From Octopus sinensis (lineage: Eukaryota), in contig NC_042997.1 of assembly GCF_006345805.1 (NCBI RefSeq), positions 85,188,001 through 85,252,000 on the forward strand: a stretch of DNA of 64,000 bases. The letters are read 5' to 3'. The translations under genes and the position numbers were made by a program. The notes beneath the pieces are model-generated. The model was not told the DNA's origin and searched no databases. It saw nothing but the letters and a program-made list of their open reading frames with translations. Shown here piece by piece: positions 25,441 through 38,946 of the stretch. Numbering within the stretch: the stretch's first letter is position 1; every line of letters begins with the position of its first letter.

Positions 25441-25739
25441 TCAAAATAAGCAACAAGGATATTCAGAGGTAATGCAGTACGATCGTTTCAAGCAACTCCA
25501 TTTAATTGAACAATGCAACCATTACATCAATTTAAATGCAGAGCAATCCTCAGCAGCACAAAGACATAGAATTTAATTAAATTAAAACACCTTCTAAGTG
25601 GAAGGAAAGGCAACAATATTCTTTGTCTATCTCCTTTACTTCTTGGAGATTTTAGGTAAAATTATACTAATGTGTCCATCTCTCTCTCTCTCTCTCTCTC
25701 ACTCTCTAGTTCCTTCCCTAATTCTTCAATCCCTCTCCT

Positions 25740-27290
25740 CCCTATCTCTCTCTGTTCCTCTCACGTGCTCGGTACTCGGCCAAGCATGATCTTTCTTTCT
25801 TGGCCTGAGCGCCGCTCGCACAACACCTTATTTTCCACTTCACACGCCAGCTTAACTTAACTTCTCCTTTTAGTCGAATGGCACATCTTGTTATTCTTGT
25901 TGTTTGTATTTGTAATCGTGTAACATTTTCTCCGTTTTCTCGTTTTCTTTTTTTGTCCGTATTGTCGCATATATTCACTAGCGTTCTTCCAAAAATGTAA
26001 TGCACTTAGCTTAGATTTTTGGGGCTTACCAATTTTGAACAGTCTCAGGTGTAACAGTGATGATTGGAAGCTCGATTGATGAATAGAAGGCCACGAATGT
26101 TCCGTCCTGGCTTTCCTGTTCGTCTTTGTATCGTCTATCTGTCCGTATGCTTTTATTGTCGTCCGTTACGTCCATGTTCTGTTTTTTGGACTTACATGCG
26201 TGTGTCTGTGTGTCTGTTTGCATGTTTGTGTGTTTGTGTTTATTCCTCACCATTGCTTGACAACCGATGCTGGCGTGTTTACGTCCCCATAACCTAGCGG
26301 TTCGGCAAAAGAGAACGGTAGAATTAATACTAGGCTTACAAAGAATAAGTTCTGGGGTCGATTTGTTCGAGTAAATGCAGGGCTCTAGCATGGGCACAGT
26401 CAAATGACTGAAACAAATAAAAGAATAAATGAATAAACTAAATATAAATACATATACATACAAACACACACACACATATACATACATACATATATATATA
26501 ATTCGTCCTTAGTCGAAAAACACCTTTTGTTATGTCCTGTTATTTATATTTGTGTAACATTTCTGTTTTTTATCATCCTTGTTTCGTATACATTCACTGC
26601 TTTCTTCCAAGGAATCTAATGCTCTTAGCTTATTTTTCCTTGGGGCTGGCCAGATTGGAGCAATCTCGAGTATAACCAGCCGAAATTGCAAAGATAATCT
26701 GGAACTCGACTGAGGATAGAAAACTCTGAATAATACGTCCTTGTTTTCCTTGTATCGTCTATCTGGATATTTTGTTTTCCTTTTCTTGTTTCACCTAACT
26801 GTCTGGATGTTTTGCGTTCTCGTCTCATTTATGTATTTTTTATATATAAAATATAGCGACGTATGTTCCCTTTGGTCTCTTATATGTAAGTATATATATC
26901 TAAATTTTGTACGACTCTATTGTTCTTCGTATTCTTTCATTCTTTCTTTCAGCCCTCCCACACTTCGTTCATTCCACCCTTCGTTCTTTCCTTCACCCTG
27001 TCTCACATTTCCTGGACTTCTCTTCATGCTCACTTTCCCTCTTTCAATTCACTGTGACTCTTTCATTTTTCTCTCGCCCCTCCTTAATTCTTCTATCCCT
27101 CCGTCTCTACCTTTCTCTCTTCTCTCCCCACGTGACCGGTGTTCGGCCAGGCCTGACTTTTCTTTCTTGGTTGGACTACTGTCCGTGCAACATATACATT
27201 CCTTCCTGTCCCTGCCGTAAGGCTTTACTTCCACACACGCCAGGTTAATTTTATACGTCCTTAGTCGAAAGACACCTGTTGTTGTGTCCA
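25740..27290 (+). mobile_element. Permuted partial copies of an unidentified repeat; 26504-27289 is a 752-bp unit with 34-bp terminal direct repeats
   Basis: Direct repeats at 26504-26537 and 27256-27289 (31/34 identical). Shared blocks recur at 25763/27129, 26006/26626 and 26125/26750. A SINE family B fragment interrupts at about 26230-26430. Confidence 0.6.
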
Positions 27291-27464
27291 ATGATTCCGG
27301 GATTGTGGGGAGGGGAAGCGCCCACCTCATTTTCGCACTCCGTGTCCAACGGGATATTAGAGGGCTTGCACGCTCCTGTGTGTGTGTATGAGTGTGTGTG
27401 TGTGTGTGTGTATGTGTGTGTGTGTGTGTAAGTGCATGTGGGTGTATATGTACTGTCGTAATAT

Positions 27465-27987
27465 TAGCGCCAAGCAGTGTTTAAGCATAAGCAAAATTTA
27501 GGTTTAGTTAAAATATGATTGTGTTATATTTCAACTGCTGAAAGGCAAATTCACTGCAGTTACCGTAGAGAAAATTTTCTCTTATGGTAAAAAGGTGTAA
27601 AAATACCATATCCCAGACATCGATGCTCCTAGCTCCTTAATCGTTATAAATGGAAAATAATTAAGATAGGCAACTCTGGACAGACCTTATTAAAGCTATA
27701 GCTTTAACTAAAACATAGTCAACCACATTTGGCGATTTGCGCCAGTAGCCAGCCAGGTCGTGGAAATTATCATAATCTTAGCGATAAGCAGTGTTTAGAC
27801 ATATGCAATGTTTAAGTTAACTCAAATATATTTGAGACTTATTTTAACCGCTAAAAGACAAATTCAGTGCAGTTACCGTGGAGGAAACTTTCCCTTAAGA
27901 AGGTGTAAAAACACCATATCTGTCCAGTGTCGCCATCTACCATGACTCCCAGACAATGATGTTTCTAGCTCCTTAGCCGTTATAAAT
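27465..27987. repeat. Diverged direct repeat (~190-210 bp x2)
   Basis: 27465-27651 versus 27779-27987 (tagcg..aagcagtgttta...tgcagttaccgt...aaggtgtaaaaa.accatatc...ctagctcctta..cgttataaat). Confidence 0.85.
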
Positions 27988-28143
27988 AATGTATGTATGG
28001 ATGTATATATATACATTTATGGATGGATGGATTGGAGGGAAGGATGGAATGATGGAGGGATAAATGTATATAGATATATGTGTGTGTGTATTTATGTATA
28101 TGTGTGATAGATAGATAGAGAGACAGACAGACAGATAGGTAGG

Positions 28144-28235
<92 letters not shown>

Positions 28236-28818
28236 CAGATAGATAGATAGAAATGGGAATCTGTAAGTGTGTTAAGCAAATACATATTTAGCTTTGATGT
28301 AAAAAGCAGATACTGTGGTTAAATTCTTGGTTTTTCACCTAATGACCACAAAATGCGATCGATCGAACTAGTTCCGGCCACTTTAAAAACTTCTGGTCCC
28401 AGAGAGAATATTGGTTACATATACTATTTATGATTGGTCCTTCTGTTAATTCATCCATTCTCATTGCCAATGTTATGTAAATAAAACAATACGACCTACT
28501 TTTATATGTATCCCATATATAGTTATAAGTTTTTACTCTCTCTGTGACCAAGAATAAGTTACATATATTTAATCTTGTTTTCCGGATACAGAGACAACGA
28601 TATTGATTTGTCTACGGTTATTATTTTTCACAGAATAGTTGTTAGGCAATCCTACGAGCATCAGCTTAAGTGTGCGTGTTAGTGTATGTGTGTAAAGAAT
28701 GACGGTGAATTTGGGTTTTCACCAATTCAGGCTTCCAAAATTTTTAATTTGAAAAGCTATAATATACAAAACTTCTATGTCTGTCGAGCTGCTTGAAGTA
28801 CTGAATCTTTTATTCTCT

Positions 28819-28890
<72 letters not shown>

Positions 28891-29170
28891 GGAGAAGAAA
28901 AAATAAGGTAGAATGCTAAATTGAAAGTACATTTTAATAAAAATGGGTGTATGAAAAATTTTTAAAAAAGAAATGAAACCAGCTTTCATTGCAAGTCAAA
29001 TTTTCAAGATTTGGAAGGGGAAAAATATTTTTTTTAAATTGAGGAAGGGAAAAAAAGAAATTTAAAATGTTTTTTCAAAAAAATAATAATACATATATAC
29101 AAAAATTAATAAATAAGTATACATTGCAGAGTCTTTATGCTTTTAGAGTTCAATATTAGTCCAATATATT

Positions 29171-29201
<31 letters not shown>

Positions 29202-29454
29202 AGACACACACATACATATATATAAGTATATCTCTCTTTCCCTCTCCCCCCTTCTCTCTCTCCCTCTCTCTCACCTTCTCTCTCTCTCTCTCTCTCTGGA
29301 GGTATTTAAAAGTAGGTGGAATGAAAAGAAAGAAAAGAAAAGAAGACAAAGATCTTCGTCTCTAGAAATCATAATTAATCCAGCTGGTGTACAATAATAT
29401 AACAAAGAGGAGGCTAAACTCTGTGAGATAGCTATCCAATCCGGAGCAGTTGCT

Positions 29455-31010
29455 GTCCTCCAGTTTGACAAAAGAAATTTGTCCATATACTTGCATTTGC
29501 TAAAAGTTTCGGATCTGGAATTAAGTAGTGTGGTGAAATTCTTGCACCTAAGACGAATGTGAAATCTTTCAGCTACGCATAACTCGCATCTCTTTGATCC
29601 GTTTATATTTGGTGAAGATTTCTCATGATTCTCCCTCCATTTGATTATATGTGGTGTACAATTACTCTTCAGATCCCAAACATGACAAGCCAACTTAGTG
29701 GCTTTGCTTTTATTAATGTGTCAGAAAGAAGATTGGTGGTTTCATAACGGTTTTTTAATTGCCTTCACATAAACCGACGTAATTTCTCTTCTCAGGTATG
29801 TGGTTTTGGAACTCGGTTGCAATTTTGGATTCATAAACAACTACTTCAGGATCTTGACAATTACAACAGGGAGTGAGCTCTTGGTGTGGCTCATATTGGC
29901 TTATGTGAAAGCAATTTTAAAATCCGCTGTGCAAACCACCCGTCCATTTATATTTTTGTGTTAGCATTGTTTGAGATGGGTTGTTCAATGAGTATTAGCA
30001 TGCTGTTATAATCACTTCTAACTAAAGATCTATTGTAATAAAGGAACGCTTTATTAAATGTTTCTCTTCTCGGTGTCAGGTTAGATATGTGCGTGAATAT
30101 AGTGTCTATAACATATTTGTGGTCATGTGCTAGTTGCTGGAGTTCCAGTTTATGCATATTGCCTTTTCATTGAGCTTACGGTAGATTTAATATTGCATCT
30201 AGACAATTTAATCATTCCAGAATTGCATTTATTGTAATTTGTAAGTGGAATTCTAAAATACTAATTATTTTTTCTGAATTTACTCATACTATGCCCATTC
30301 ATATAATGGGATACGGTTAGCTTGTCATCTGCCAAATGTCCTTGGCTGGTCATTTTGTTCTCTTTTGCAGTGTGCCAAGCATATATAATCCGAGCAAAAC
30401 GGAAATTTCTTCCCTTCTTAGATATACATGGATGCAGCAGAAAAGCTATTTTTCCTATTCTTTAATCTAGAATTATAATAAAACAATATCACACTTCTTG
30501 CAATCACTATAATATCGATATCGGCGTCGGTTATGGAATTGTATGTTTTTACAAATTCTAAAGGTTTCAAGGGAAGATATTTAAAATGGATGGGCAAAAT
30601 TCTACAATATCGAACAGAGTGAATCTACAGTTTATCATCATGTTATCAAACAACATGATTGACACAATGCTGCATTTCTAGTCTCGTTTGCTGCATGCCT
30701 TGTTTTGTGATTATGGAATTTAAAAGGTTTTCACTGCCTTCACCAGTTCATTATATGTTGGGTTGAGAAACTGTTTATAAAATTGTCATTATGATACTTT
30801 AGTGTTATGTAACTTTTAAGGGATTGAATATCACCGAGACACTATATTTAAATGTGTATCAGAAGATTTTGCCTCCTCGTTTTGAATACTGCCCGCCGAG
30901 GAATATGCAGTTAATGGCTCTATAAACGCACCAAACATGGTACTATCAGCGAACCGGAACCCCATTTTGCATAATATCAGTGCTTATATTGTACTAAATT
31001 GTGCGTTGAG
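29455..31010 (-). mobile_element. Penelope-like element (RT + GIY-YIG), heavily decayed
   Basis: Minus-strand fragments: YITLKYHNDNF (~30770-30810), FDIVEFCPSI (~30590-30615), ETFNKAFLYYNRSL, NYVGLCEG (GIY-YIG), and GSKRCELCVAERFHI...LLNSRSETFSKCKYMDKFLLSN. These follow the PLE pattern YITLKDHK / FDIxxFYPSI / YIG / KCNLC..EK..I...LLN.RSE..SKC.H.NKFLL. Confidence 0.8.
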
Positions 31011-31559
31011 TAATAAGATATATATATATATATACATACGTGCATACATACATACATACATACATACATACATACATACATACATACATACATACATACA
31101 TACATGTATGCATGGTTCTATGTTTGTGTGTGTGTATATGTATGTGTATGTCTTTCTATACACATTTTTATGTATGGGTATATGTATATGTGTGTGTGTG
31201 CTCGTATGTTAGTATTTATATGCATGTATTTTATGCGTGTATGTTATTAATTAAATACTCGCTATTTAAATTGTGAATAACAAACTCTAAAATATCAGTT
31301 TGAAAACCGCTTTTAAGCGAGAAACTCCTATTAAAGTCACCTTATTTGTAAACATCTAATTATTAAAGTGGAAAAATTATTAGAAACAGCATTTCTATTC
31401 CTTTATATATATATATATATATTGAACAATGCCCTTCTTAACCGAAACGACACAAACTTGTAAACAAATATACTGGTAGTATTCCCATTTCATTGATCCT
31501 GCCATATTTACTGTGCTGTAAAACCATTTGCTTTACCATTACTCTGTGGGCAGTAGAAG

Positions 31560-31771
31560 CTATACACTTAGAGATCTCTAGGTAGAACCGAAGCATGAGA
31601 TTGGTCGTTCACTCATTTTTCTGAAAGTAATGTTTATCATTATGATGCTTTAGTATTATGTAACTTTTAAAGGATTGAATATCACCGGCACACTAAATTT
31701 AAATGTGTAACAGAAGATTTTTGCCTCATCGTTTTGAATACCGACCGCCGAGAAATATGCAGTTAATGGCT
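31560..31771 (-). pseudogene. Second partial PLE RT copy
   Basis: 31637-31771 is a close direct repeat of 30786-30919 and translates YIILKHHNDK. Confidence 0.7.
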
Positions 31772-32049
31772 TTTGTTGTTGTTGTAGTTGTTTCGCTATT
31801 AATCAACTTTGAACTGACTGAAAACTATTATCGAAGAAATTTCAACCCTGAACACACCGCTTTTATTTCTTTCCAAGTTCTTCAGACACACTGTATCTAA
31901 CGCCTAAATGCGGGCTGCTGACACGTTCTGGTATGCCTTAACATATTTACTTATTCAAGAAGTTTCTGTTAAATTTTGTATTACTTCCATAATGATATGT
32001 ATTTATTTATCTTATTCAGCTGCCTGTGCACAATCTAATGTGTATGTGT

Positions 32050-32430
32050 GTGTCTCCATGTGTGGTAAAAAACTTACTTCCCAACCACATGGTTCCAGGT
32101 TCAATCGCAATGCCTGGTGTTTTGGACAAGTGTTCTACAACAGCCACGGGCCGACCAAAGCCTTGTGAGTGGATTTCGTAGACAGAAACTGAAAGAAGCC
32201 CGTCGTATATATATGTATGTATACCTATGGGTGTGTGTCTTTCTGTCTGTGTTTTCCCCCTATCACCGCTTGACAACCGGTGTTGCCATGTCTGCATCCC
32301 CGTAACTTAGTGGTTCGATAGAATAAGCTTTAAAAAGAAGTACTGGGATCGATTCATTCGACTAAAAATTCAAATCGGTGCCCAAGCATGGCTGCAGTCT
32401 AATGACTAAAGCAAGCAAATGATGAAAGAT
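32050..32430 (+). mobile_element. SINE family B, near full-length
   Basis: tgtgtggtaa...ccaaccacatggttccaggttcaatc (tRNA-like head), ggccgaccaaagccttgtgagtggattt, ccgcttgacaaccg...ccccgtaacttag, tail aatgactaaagcaagcaaa. Confidence 0.8.
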
Positions 32431-32442
32431 AAAAAAAAAAAA

Positions 32443-32936
32443 GGATGAAGGAATTGTCCGTATGATGAGCAGAGGCTAAAGAGATTGCGTATGTCTCATA
32501 TTGGGTTTAAAACAACTTCAGAGGTAAACAGGGAGAGTATGATTGCTCTTGATAAACAGATCGGTATTGATCCGCTCATTTAGGTGATGTTGCAATCTTT
32601 CAGTTTTCTAATAGGTATTTCTGGGAAGTCGCAAAATATTTTTCTGGCCTAACATTTAAAGAGTGTGCGGATTTACTAGAGTTTGCAGTTACGGTGTTCT
32701 TTTCCGCTTTGAATAACCTTCTTAGATAAGATAAACGTAACGAATTCATGAAATGACTGCTGAAAAACTGAAAGGTTCTAACACCCACCGAATTACTGGA
32801 TCAACACTTCCGTATTAGCCAAGAGTAATTCTATTAGCTCTCCCTCTTTCTGTTTACCACTACGGTTATATTTCAATACGAGCCACACGCAATCTCTTTA
32901 GTTTCTGTCCTTCATATAGGCAATCCCTTCACTTCC
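32443..32936. mobile_element. Old MITE-like element with ~60-bp imperfect TIRs
   Basis: Perfect 15-bp inverted core ctaaagagattgcgt (32476-32490) / acgcaatctctttag (32887-32901), extending imperfectly on both sides. Confidence 0.55.
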
Positions 32937-33179
32937 TTAATTTTTAAAAGATGTAAGCTATACAGAAACGGTTTTCGCAAAAAAGGTAGCTATTTGAAGT
33001 AAGGCACAACGCAAAACAACATCAGCATCTCTGTAAGAAAACAATTTCAAAAATGTGTATTACAAAACATCTTACTGTTGTTGTTGTTGTTGTTAGTAGT
33101 AGTGGTGGTGGTGTTTGTACGGTGAGCATTGTTGTTGTCTTTACTGCTGCTGTTGTCTTCGTCGTCGTCGCCGCCGTTG

Positions 33180-33213
<34 letters not shown>

Positions 33214-33261
33214 CTTCTTCTTCTTCTTCTCCTTCTTCTTCTTCTTCTTTTTCTTCTTCTT

Positions 33262-33709
33262 CCAATCAGGACTCACGCCATTAGCCACAAAGAATAATCC
33301 CTAATTCGAGCCTACTCTAAACTACTAAAAATGCGTGCGACAACTTGAAGATCCACCCACCACACGCGATAGACTGGCGGTTGCACGGGCGTGAAAGCTA
33401 CGTTGTTATCCTCATTCCGTAAACGGTGGCTTTTAACGGGTGGAGAGCTGAACCATCCTGGAGTACAGAGGATTCGCAATCTAGACTAGGGTCTGAAAGT
33501 TACCACACCATAGTGGGTTACACCATGGTTCCTCTGTGAGAGAAAGTTGTGGTGAAAGTTGTGGGAAAGAATACAGCGGGGTTGCCCCCCCCCCCCGCCG
33601 GAGCCACGTAGTGCTTAGGTGTTTTTGCTTAATAAACATTCACAATGCCCGGTCTGGGAATCGAGACCGCGAGTCCGCTGCCCTAACCACTGGGCCATTG
33701 TACCTCCAC
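33262..33709 (-). mobile_element. tRNA-derived SINE (family C) with (GAA)n tail, embedded in a (CAA)n-type tract
   Basis: Head gtggaggtacaatggcccagtggttagggcagcggactcg..tcgattcc; highly similar second copy at 41963-42419. Confidence 0.85.
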
Positions 33710-34077
33710 TGTTGTTGTTGCTGCTGTTGTTTCGTCCTTGTTCAACTTTGAACCGACTTAAAACTATGATCGAATAAATTTCAACCGTAAACATACGACT
33801 TTTATTTCTTTCCAGGTTCTTCAGACGTTCTGTTCCTAACACCTAAAAAAAGTTGGTTTGTGATTTATAGGAGATTCGATTGCTATTTATAGCAGGTCAA
33901 GAAGCCACGTTGAAACCGTTCCTTCCACCTCTTATCGTTGTAGCGAACGGTGGCGTAGTAAAACTAATGACTGTTTAATTAACTTACATTGCTGAAACAG
34001 TGGAAGCCGACATGTCCGACACGATGATTTACTTGAGACACACGATATGACGAAAAACTATTCATTGCTATTACAAT

Positions 34078-34115
34078 GAGCCAATAGATGATGGCGCTCG
34101 CCACCAATCTATAAG
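34078..34115 (+). promoter_or_regulatory. Possible promoter-like motif cluster (two CCAAT, ATGGCG, TATAAG)
   Basis: gagCCAATagatgATGGCGctcgccaCCAATcTATAAG in a relatively CpG-rich unique stretch. Motif-level evidence only. Confidence 0.2.
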
Positions 34116-34678
34116 ATTATATATGTATATATATATATATATATAAAATACATACATATGTATATGCACATACATAATTACATAATCATATATATATATA
34201 CATACATGCATGCATATGGGTGTATGTCTATATGTGCGTATATACGTTTGAACGTATTGTATATGTGTATATAAAGTGCCGTCCGGATATTAATTCTCAT
34301 ATCTACATATGAATTATTATTTCTAGTATCTTGAATTATACACTCACACCTATACACATACGTACACACTCACACGTACTCACGCACGCATACATACACA
34401 CACTAACATAAGTACACAACACCCAGGCACATACACACACACATGATCTGTATATGATATATTTTAGTTTATATTTAGACCGGTTTCACCCGGCTCCATT
34501 CAATTTACGGTAACCAGCCATTTGTTAAATGTATTTATAATGATTTCTTACATGAATAATGGACACTCATACGCACATGTACACACTCACACATAAACAT
34601 ACATACACATATATGTGTATGAAGCAACTTAGCTACATAGATGACCATATATATATACACACACACACACATATAGTA

Positions 34679-34740
<62 letters not shown>

Positions 34741-34754
34741 GTAAATGTGTATGT

Positions 34755-34798
<44 letters not shown>

Positions 34799-34874
34799 TA
34801 TATATATACACATACATATGTATATATAAAAGAATAAAAGAATAGAAGAATGTGTGTATGCAAATATATATATG

Positions 34875-34941
<67 letters not shown>

Positions 34942-35228
34942 CATATATGTGTAATGTATGCATGCGTCAATACCTACACAAACACAGACATAAAAATGGT
35001 GTTAAAAGTTTGCGAGGCATGAATGCGATTTCATTGTGCGCCCTTAATCAAGTCAGTGCAGTAACGAAGAAAAATAAGAACAAAAATAATAAACGAAATA
35101 ACATAACAAGAAAAATAAATTCAATTTTGTTTCCAATCACGTTTGCTTTCCTTACTGTTTTCGTGTGTGTATGTATGTATGTATGTATGTATGTATGTAT
35201 GTATGTAGTATGTATGTATGTATGTATG

Positions 35229-35298
<70 letters not shown>

Positions 35299-35490
35299 AT
35301 ATATATATATTCTTATTCCTCTATATCACCACCAACACCGCCATCATCATCATTTTCAACATCTTCCTCACTATCACCATCACAACTGCCACCACCATTT
35401 CTGACAACACTACTCCTGCGCCGTGCCATCTCTACCTTCCTCCCCAACAAAACAACACTGTATCACCGTCTCCAGCACCAGCACCATCAC

Positions 35491-35537
<47 letters not shown>

Positions 35538-35629
35538 GTTGCATCAGCAGCATCGTAACCGTCATGACCATTATCATCATTCTCGTCATCATTCTCATCA
35601 TCATATGTAAAATTATCTAATACTAGAGG

Positions 35630-36360
35630 GAAGCGAGTTGGGAGAATCGGGAAAACGCTTCGCTTCATCACTTCCGACTTGACGTTCTGAGTTCAATTTC
35701 CGCAGTGGTTGAATTTGCCTTTCATCCTTTTGGGGTCCATGTAATCGAATAGTTCCCTAACCCGAACTTGCTAGCCTTGTGCCAAAATTTGAACTTCTTC
35801 TTCTGATCATCATCATCATCATTAAGGCGGCGAGCTGGCAGAAACGTTAGCAGGCCGGGCGAAATGCTTAGCAGTATTTCGTCTGCCGCTACGTTCTGAG
35901 TTCAAATTCCGCCGAGATCGATTTTGCCTTTCATCCTTTCGGGGTCGATAAATTAAGTACTAGTTACGCACTGGGGTCGAGGCAATCGACTTAATCCGTT
36001 TGTCTGTCCTTGTTTGTCCCCTCTCTGTCTAGCCCCTTGTGGGTAGTAAATAAATAGGTATTTCGCCCGTCGCTTCGCTCTGAGTTCAAAATCCGCTGAG
36101 GTCGACTTTGCCTTTCATCCTTTCGGGGTTGGTAAAAGAAGTACCATTTGAACGCTGGGGGTCAACATAATCGACTCATCCCACCTTCTTCAAGCTGCCC
36201 TTGTGGCAAAAGTTTGAAATAATTATTGATACTATTAGGCTAGCGGAATGTGGTGAGAGGCTGACGAAATGACTTGTGGTATTTAAATACATCTCTTTAC
36301 TTTCTAAGTTCAAGTACCAATGCCATCATAATCGAGCATACCTTAAGGGGTCGATGTAAA
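35630..36360 (+). mobile_element. Cluster of three to four SINE family A copies, including a young full-length copy at 35823-36057
   Basis: Repeated gttctgagttcaa...ttgcctttcatcct motif at about 35685, 35892 and 36078, plus a decayed copy at about 36300. Confidence 0.8.
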
Positions 36361-36786
36361 AATATACCAGTCCTTGGTTGGTTTAATCGTCCTGATACCT
36401 GCAGCCAAATACTGGGATTTTATCCAGTATCTTTTACTTGTTACAGTTGACTGCGGCCATGCCTTCAAGGGTTGTGTAAGCCTAGTACTTGTATCGGTAT
36501 CTTTTGCCGGACTGCTAGGTTACGAGGACATAAACACACCAATACCGGTTGTCAAGCGATGGGAAGGTGGGGGTTGGGTCAAACACATACACAAAGACAC
36601 ACACATAAATATATACATATATCTCTGTGCGTGTGTATCAGTACATATGTATACAATTATGTGCTATAACTACAGCATCATAGTTGTTTTGTTCTTGTTT
36701 CTAGAGCTGTAGGTGTTCTAACACCCTAGTCATATTTTGTGATGATTATAGTTTTCCTTTTTGGTAGCACATTGCACACTGCTGTC

Positions 36787-36835
<49 letters not shown>

Positions 36836-36838
36836 ATA

Positions 36839-36913
<75 letters not shown>

Positions 36914-37374
36914 ATATGGATGTATGTATATGTATATATATAAACATGTATATGTATGTATATATATATATATATGTATGCATATATATATGTATATATT
37001 TGTATATATATGTATGTATATATTCGCCATGATAGATCGCTAGCCACTACACATTCTTTATTTTGTCTCCTTGTTTTTTTCTGTGTTACGTTAGTGTAAA
37101 TAGTAGCAGACTTCTCCTGCACGTATAGCAGTGTGTGTTCGTGTCCCATGCATACGGCAAACCCTACTCCCCACCGTCGAGGGTTTATATTCCCCGATAT
37201 TAGTCTATTTAACTGAGTCAATGCACAGTGATAGCTTATAAGATTCAAGCTTATAAAAAATATTATTATTTACAAATTGTAAAATTAGGCACCAATTACC
37301 AAATAATCGCAGAAAACCCATGCCTTCAAAGCGATACAGCAGTAAAGCTGCTACTTAAATAGTGGTAAGTGTGG

Positions 37375-38600
37375 TGGGCTGGCAGAATCGTTAGCATGCC
37401 GGACAAAATGCTCACCGGCATTTCTTCCGGCATTATATGCAGAGTTCAAATTCCGCTTGACTAGACTTAGCTTGTCTATCCTCTTGCGATCGATAAAATA
37501 AGGACCAGTTTGAGCACTGGAAATGATGTAATCGACTAACCCCCTACCCTCGGAAATTTCAGTCCTTGTATCGGTAGACTAGTAGATTCGGTATAGTCTC
37601 CGACAAAATGTCGTATAGTATTTAGTTCCAACTCATATTTTGAGTTCAAATAACGACGAGGTCAACTTTGTCTTATCTCTTTAGCATTTAAAATAGCCAT
37701 ATCAGGACCAAATATTTTACCTGTGTGATGCTAATACTGGCCAAACTCTGCCTCTTACACTTACCCTCCACAATGTCATTCTAAAAGCAATGACTTACCA
37801 AAATCTTTAATCTACAAGATAATTCAGGATTAATACAAAACATTGTAAATCAATAAGCATTACATTTGACAGAGCAATCTAAATGTTAAAGGGTTAAATT
37901 CTTATGAAGTCGATAAAATTAAGAACTGGGACCGATATAACTGACTGTTCTTTTCCTCCACGATCATCCTTAATTTATGGCCCGTGAAAGAATTGATTAG
38001 AGTAATGGATGCGGCGAATCGTTAGAGAATCGAACAGAATGATTGAGGGAAATTATTATGGGTGTTTACGTTCTGAGTTGGGGTAAACTTTGTTTTTCAT
38101 TCATCTAGAGTCTAAAAATAAACGACCAATATAAACGAGTGTTTTTCCTCACCACTCCAAATTCTAACCTTGTGTCAATGAAAGAAATGAAAGTGGTGAG
38201 TTGCCAGAATCGTTAAAGTGTTGGACACAATGCCTTTTGGTAGTCATTATGGTTCAATATGTTCTGAGTCCAAATCCCGTTTAGGTCAACTATACTTTCC
38301 CTCATAGTTTGATCGATTAAGTAAAGTATCAGTCAAATGCTGGATCGATCTACTCGTCTAGTTTGTCCCCTCTAAAATTGTGGCCATGTGTCTGTAATCA
38401 TATTGTCGTTAGTGAGTCGGACAAAATGTTTCAGGTCATTTCTTCCGCCTCTTTACGTTCTGAATTAGAATCCTTAACTTTGCCTTTCATCCTTTCGAAG
38501 TGGATAGAATAAAGTACCAGTCAAGTACTGGAGACGATGTTGTCGACTTGCTTCCTCCCCTCTAAACTACTGATCTTGTGCCAAAATTAGAAAGAATAGT
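37375..38600 (+). mobile_element. Array of about five decayed SINE family A copies in the same orientation
   Basis: Head-like gaatcgttag/cggacaaaatg motifs at about 37375, 37590, 38010, 38195 and 38410, each followed by ttctgagt...aactttg...gataaa. Confidence 0.65.
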
Positions 38601-38634
38601 AATCTATTTATTTTCTTTTATTCTTCTATTCTTT

Positions 38635-38854
38635 TACTTGTTTCAGTTGATTGTGGCCTCGCTAGAGCACCACCCTAAAGGGTTTTAATCGAACAAATCG
38701 ACCCCAGGACATATTCTTAGTAAGTCTAGTACTTTGTCTATCGGCGTTTTTTGCCGAACTGACATCGGTTGTGAAGCGATGGTGTGAGGGACAAACAGAA
38801 ACACAAAACATACACACGCACGCACGCACGCACACACACACACATACACACACA

Positions 38855-38946
<92 letters not shown>

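Noticed and set aside
26705-26745. CTGAGGA-tAGAaaacTCT-GAAT...GTC hammerhead-like string (decayed sibling near 26070)
   Set aside because: Both copies read GAAT, stem III is unpaired and stem I cannot form, so it is not supportable without a consensus.
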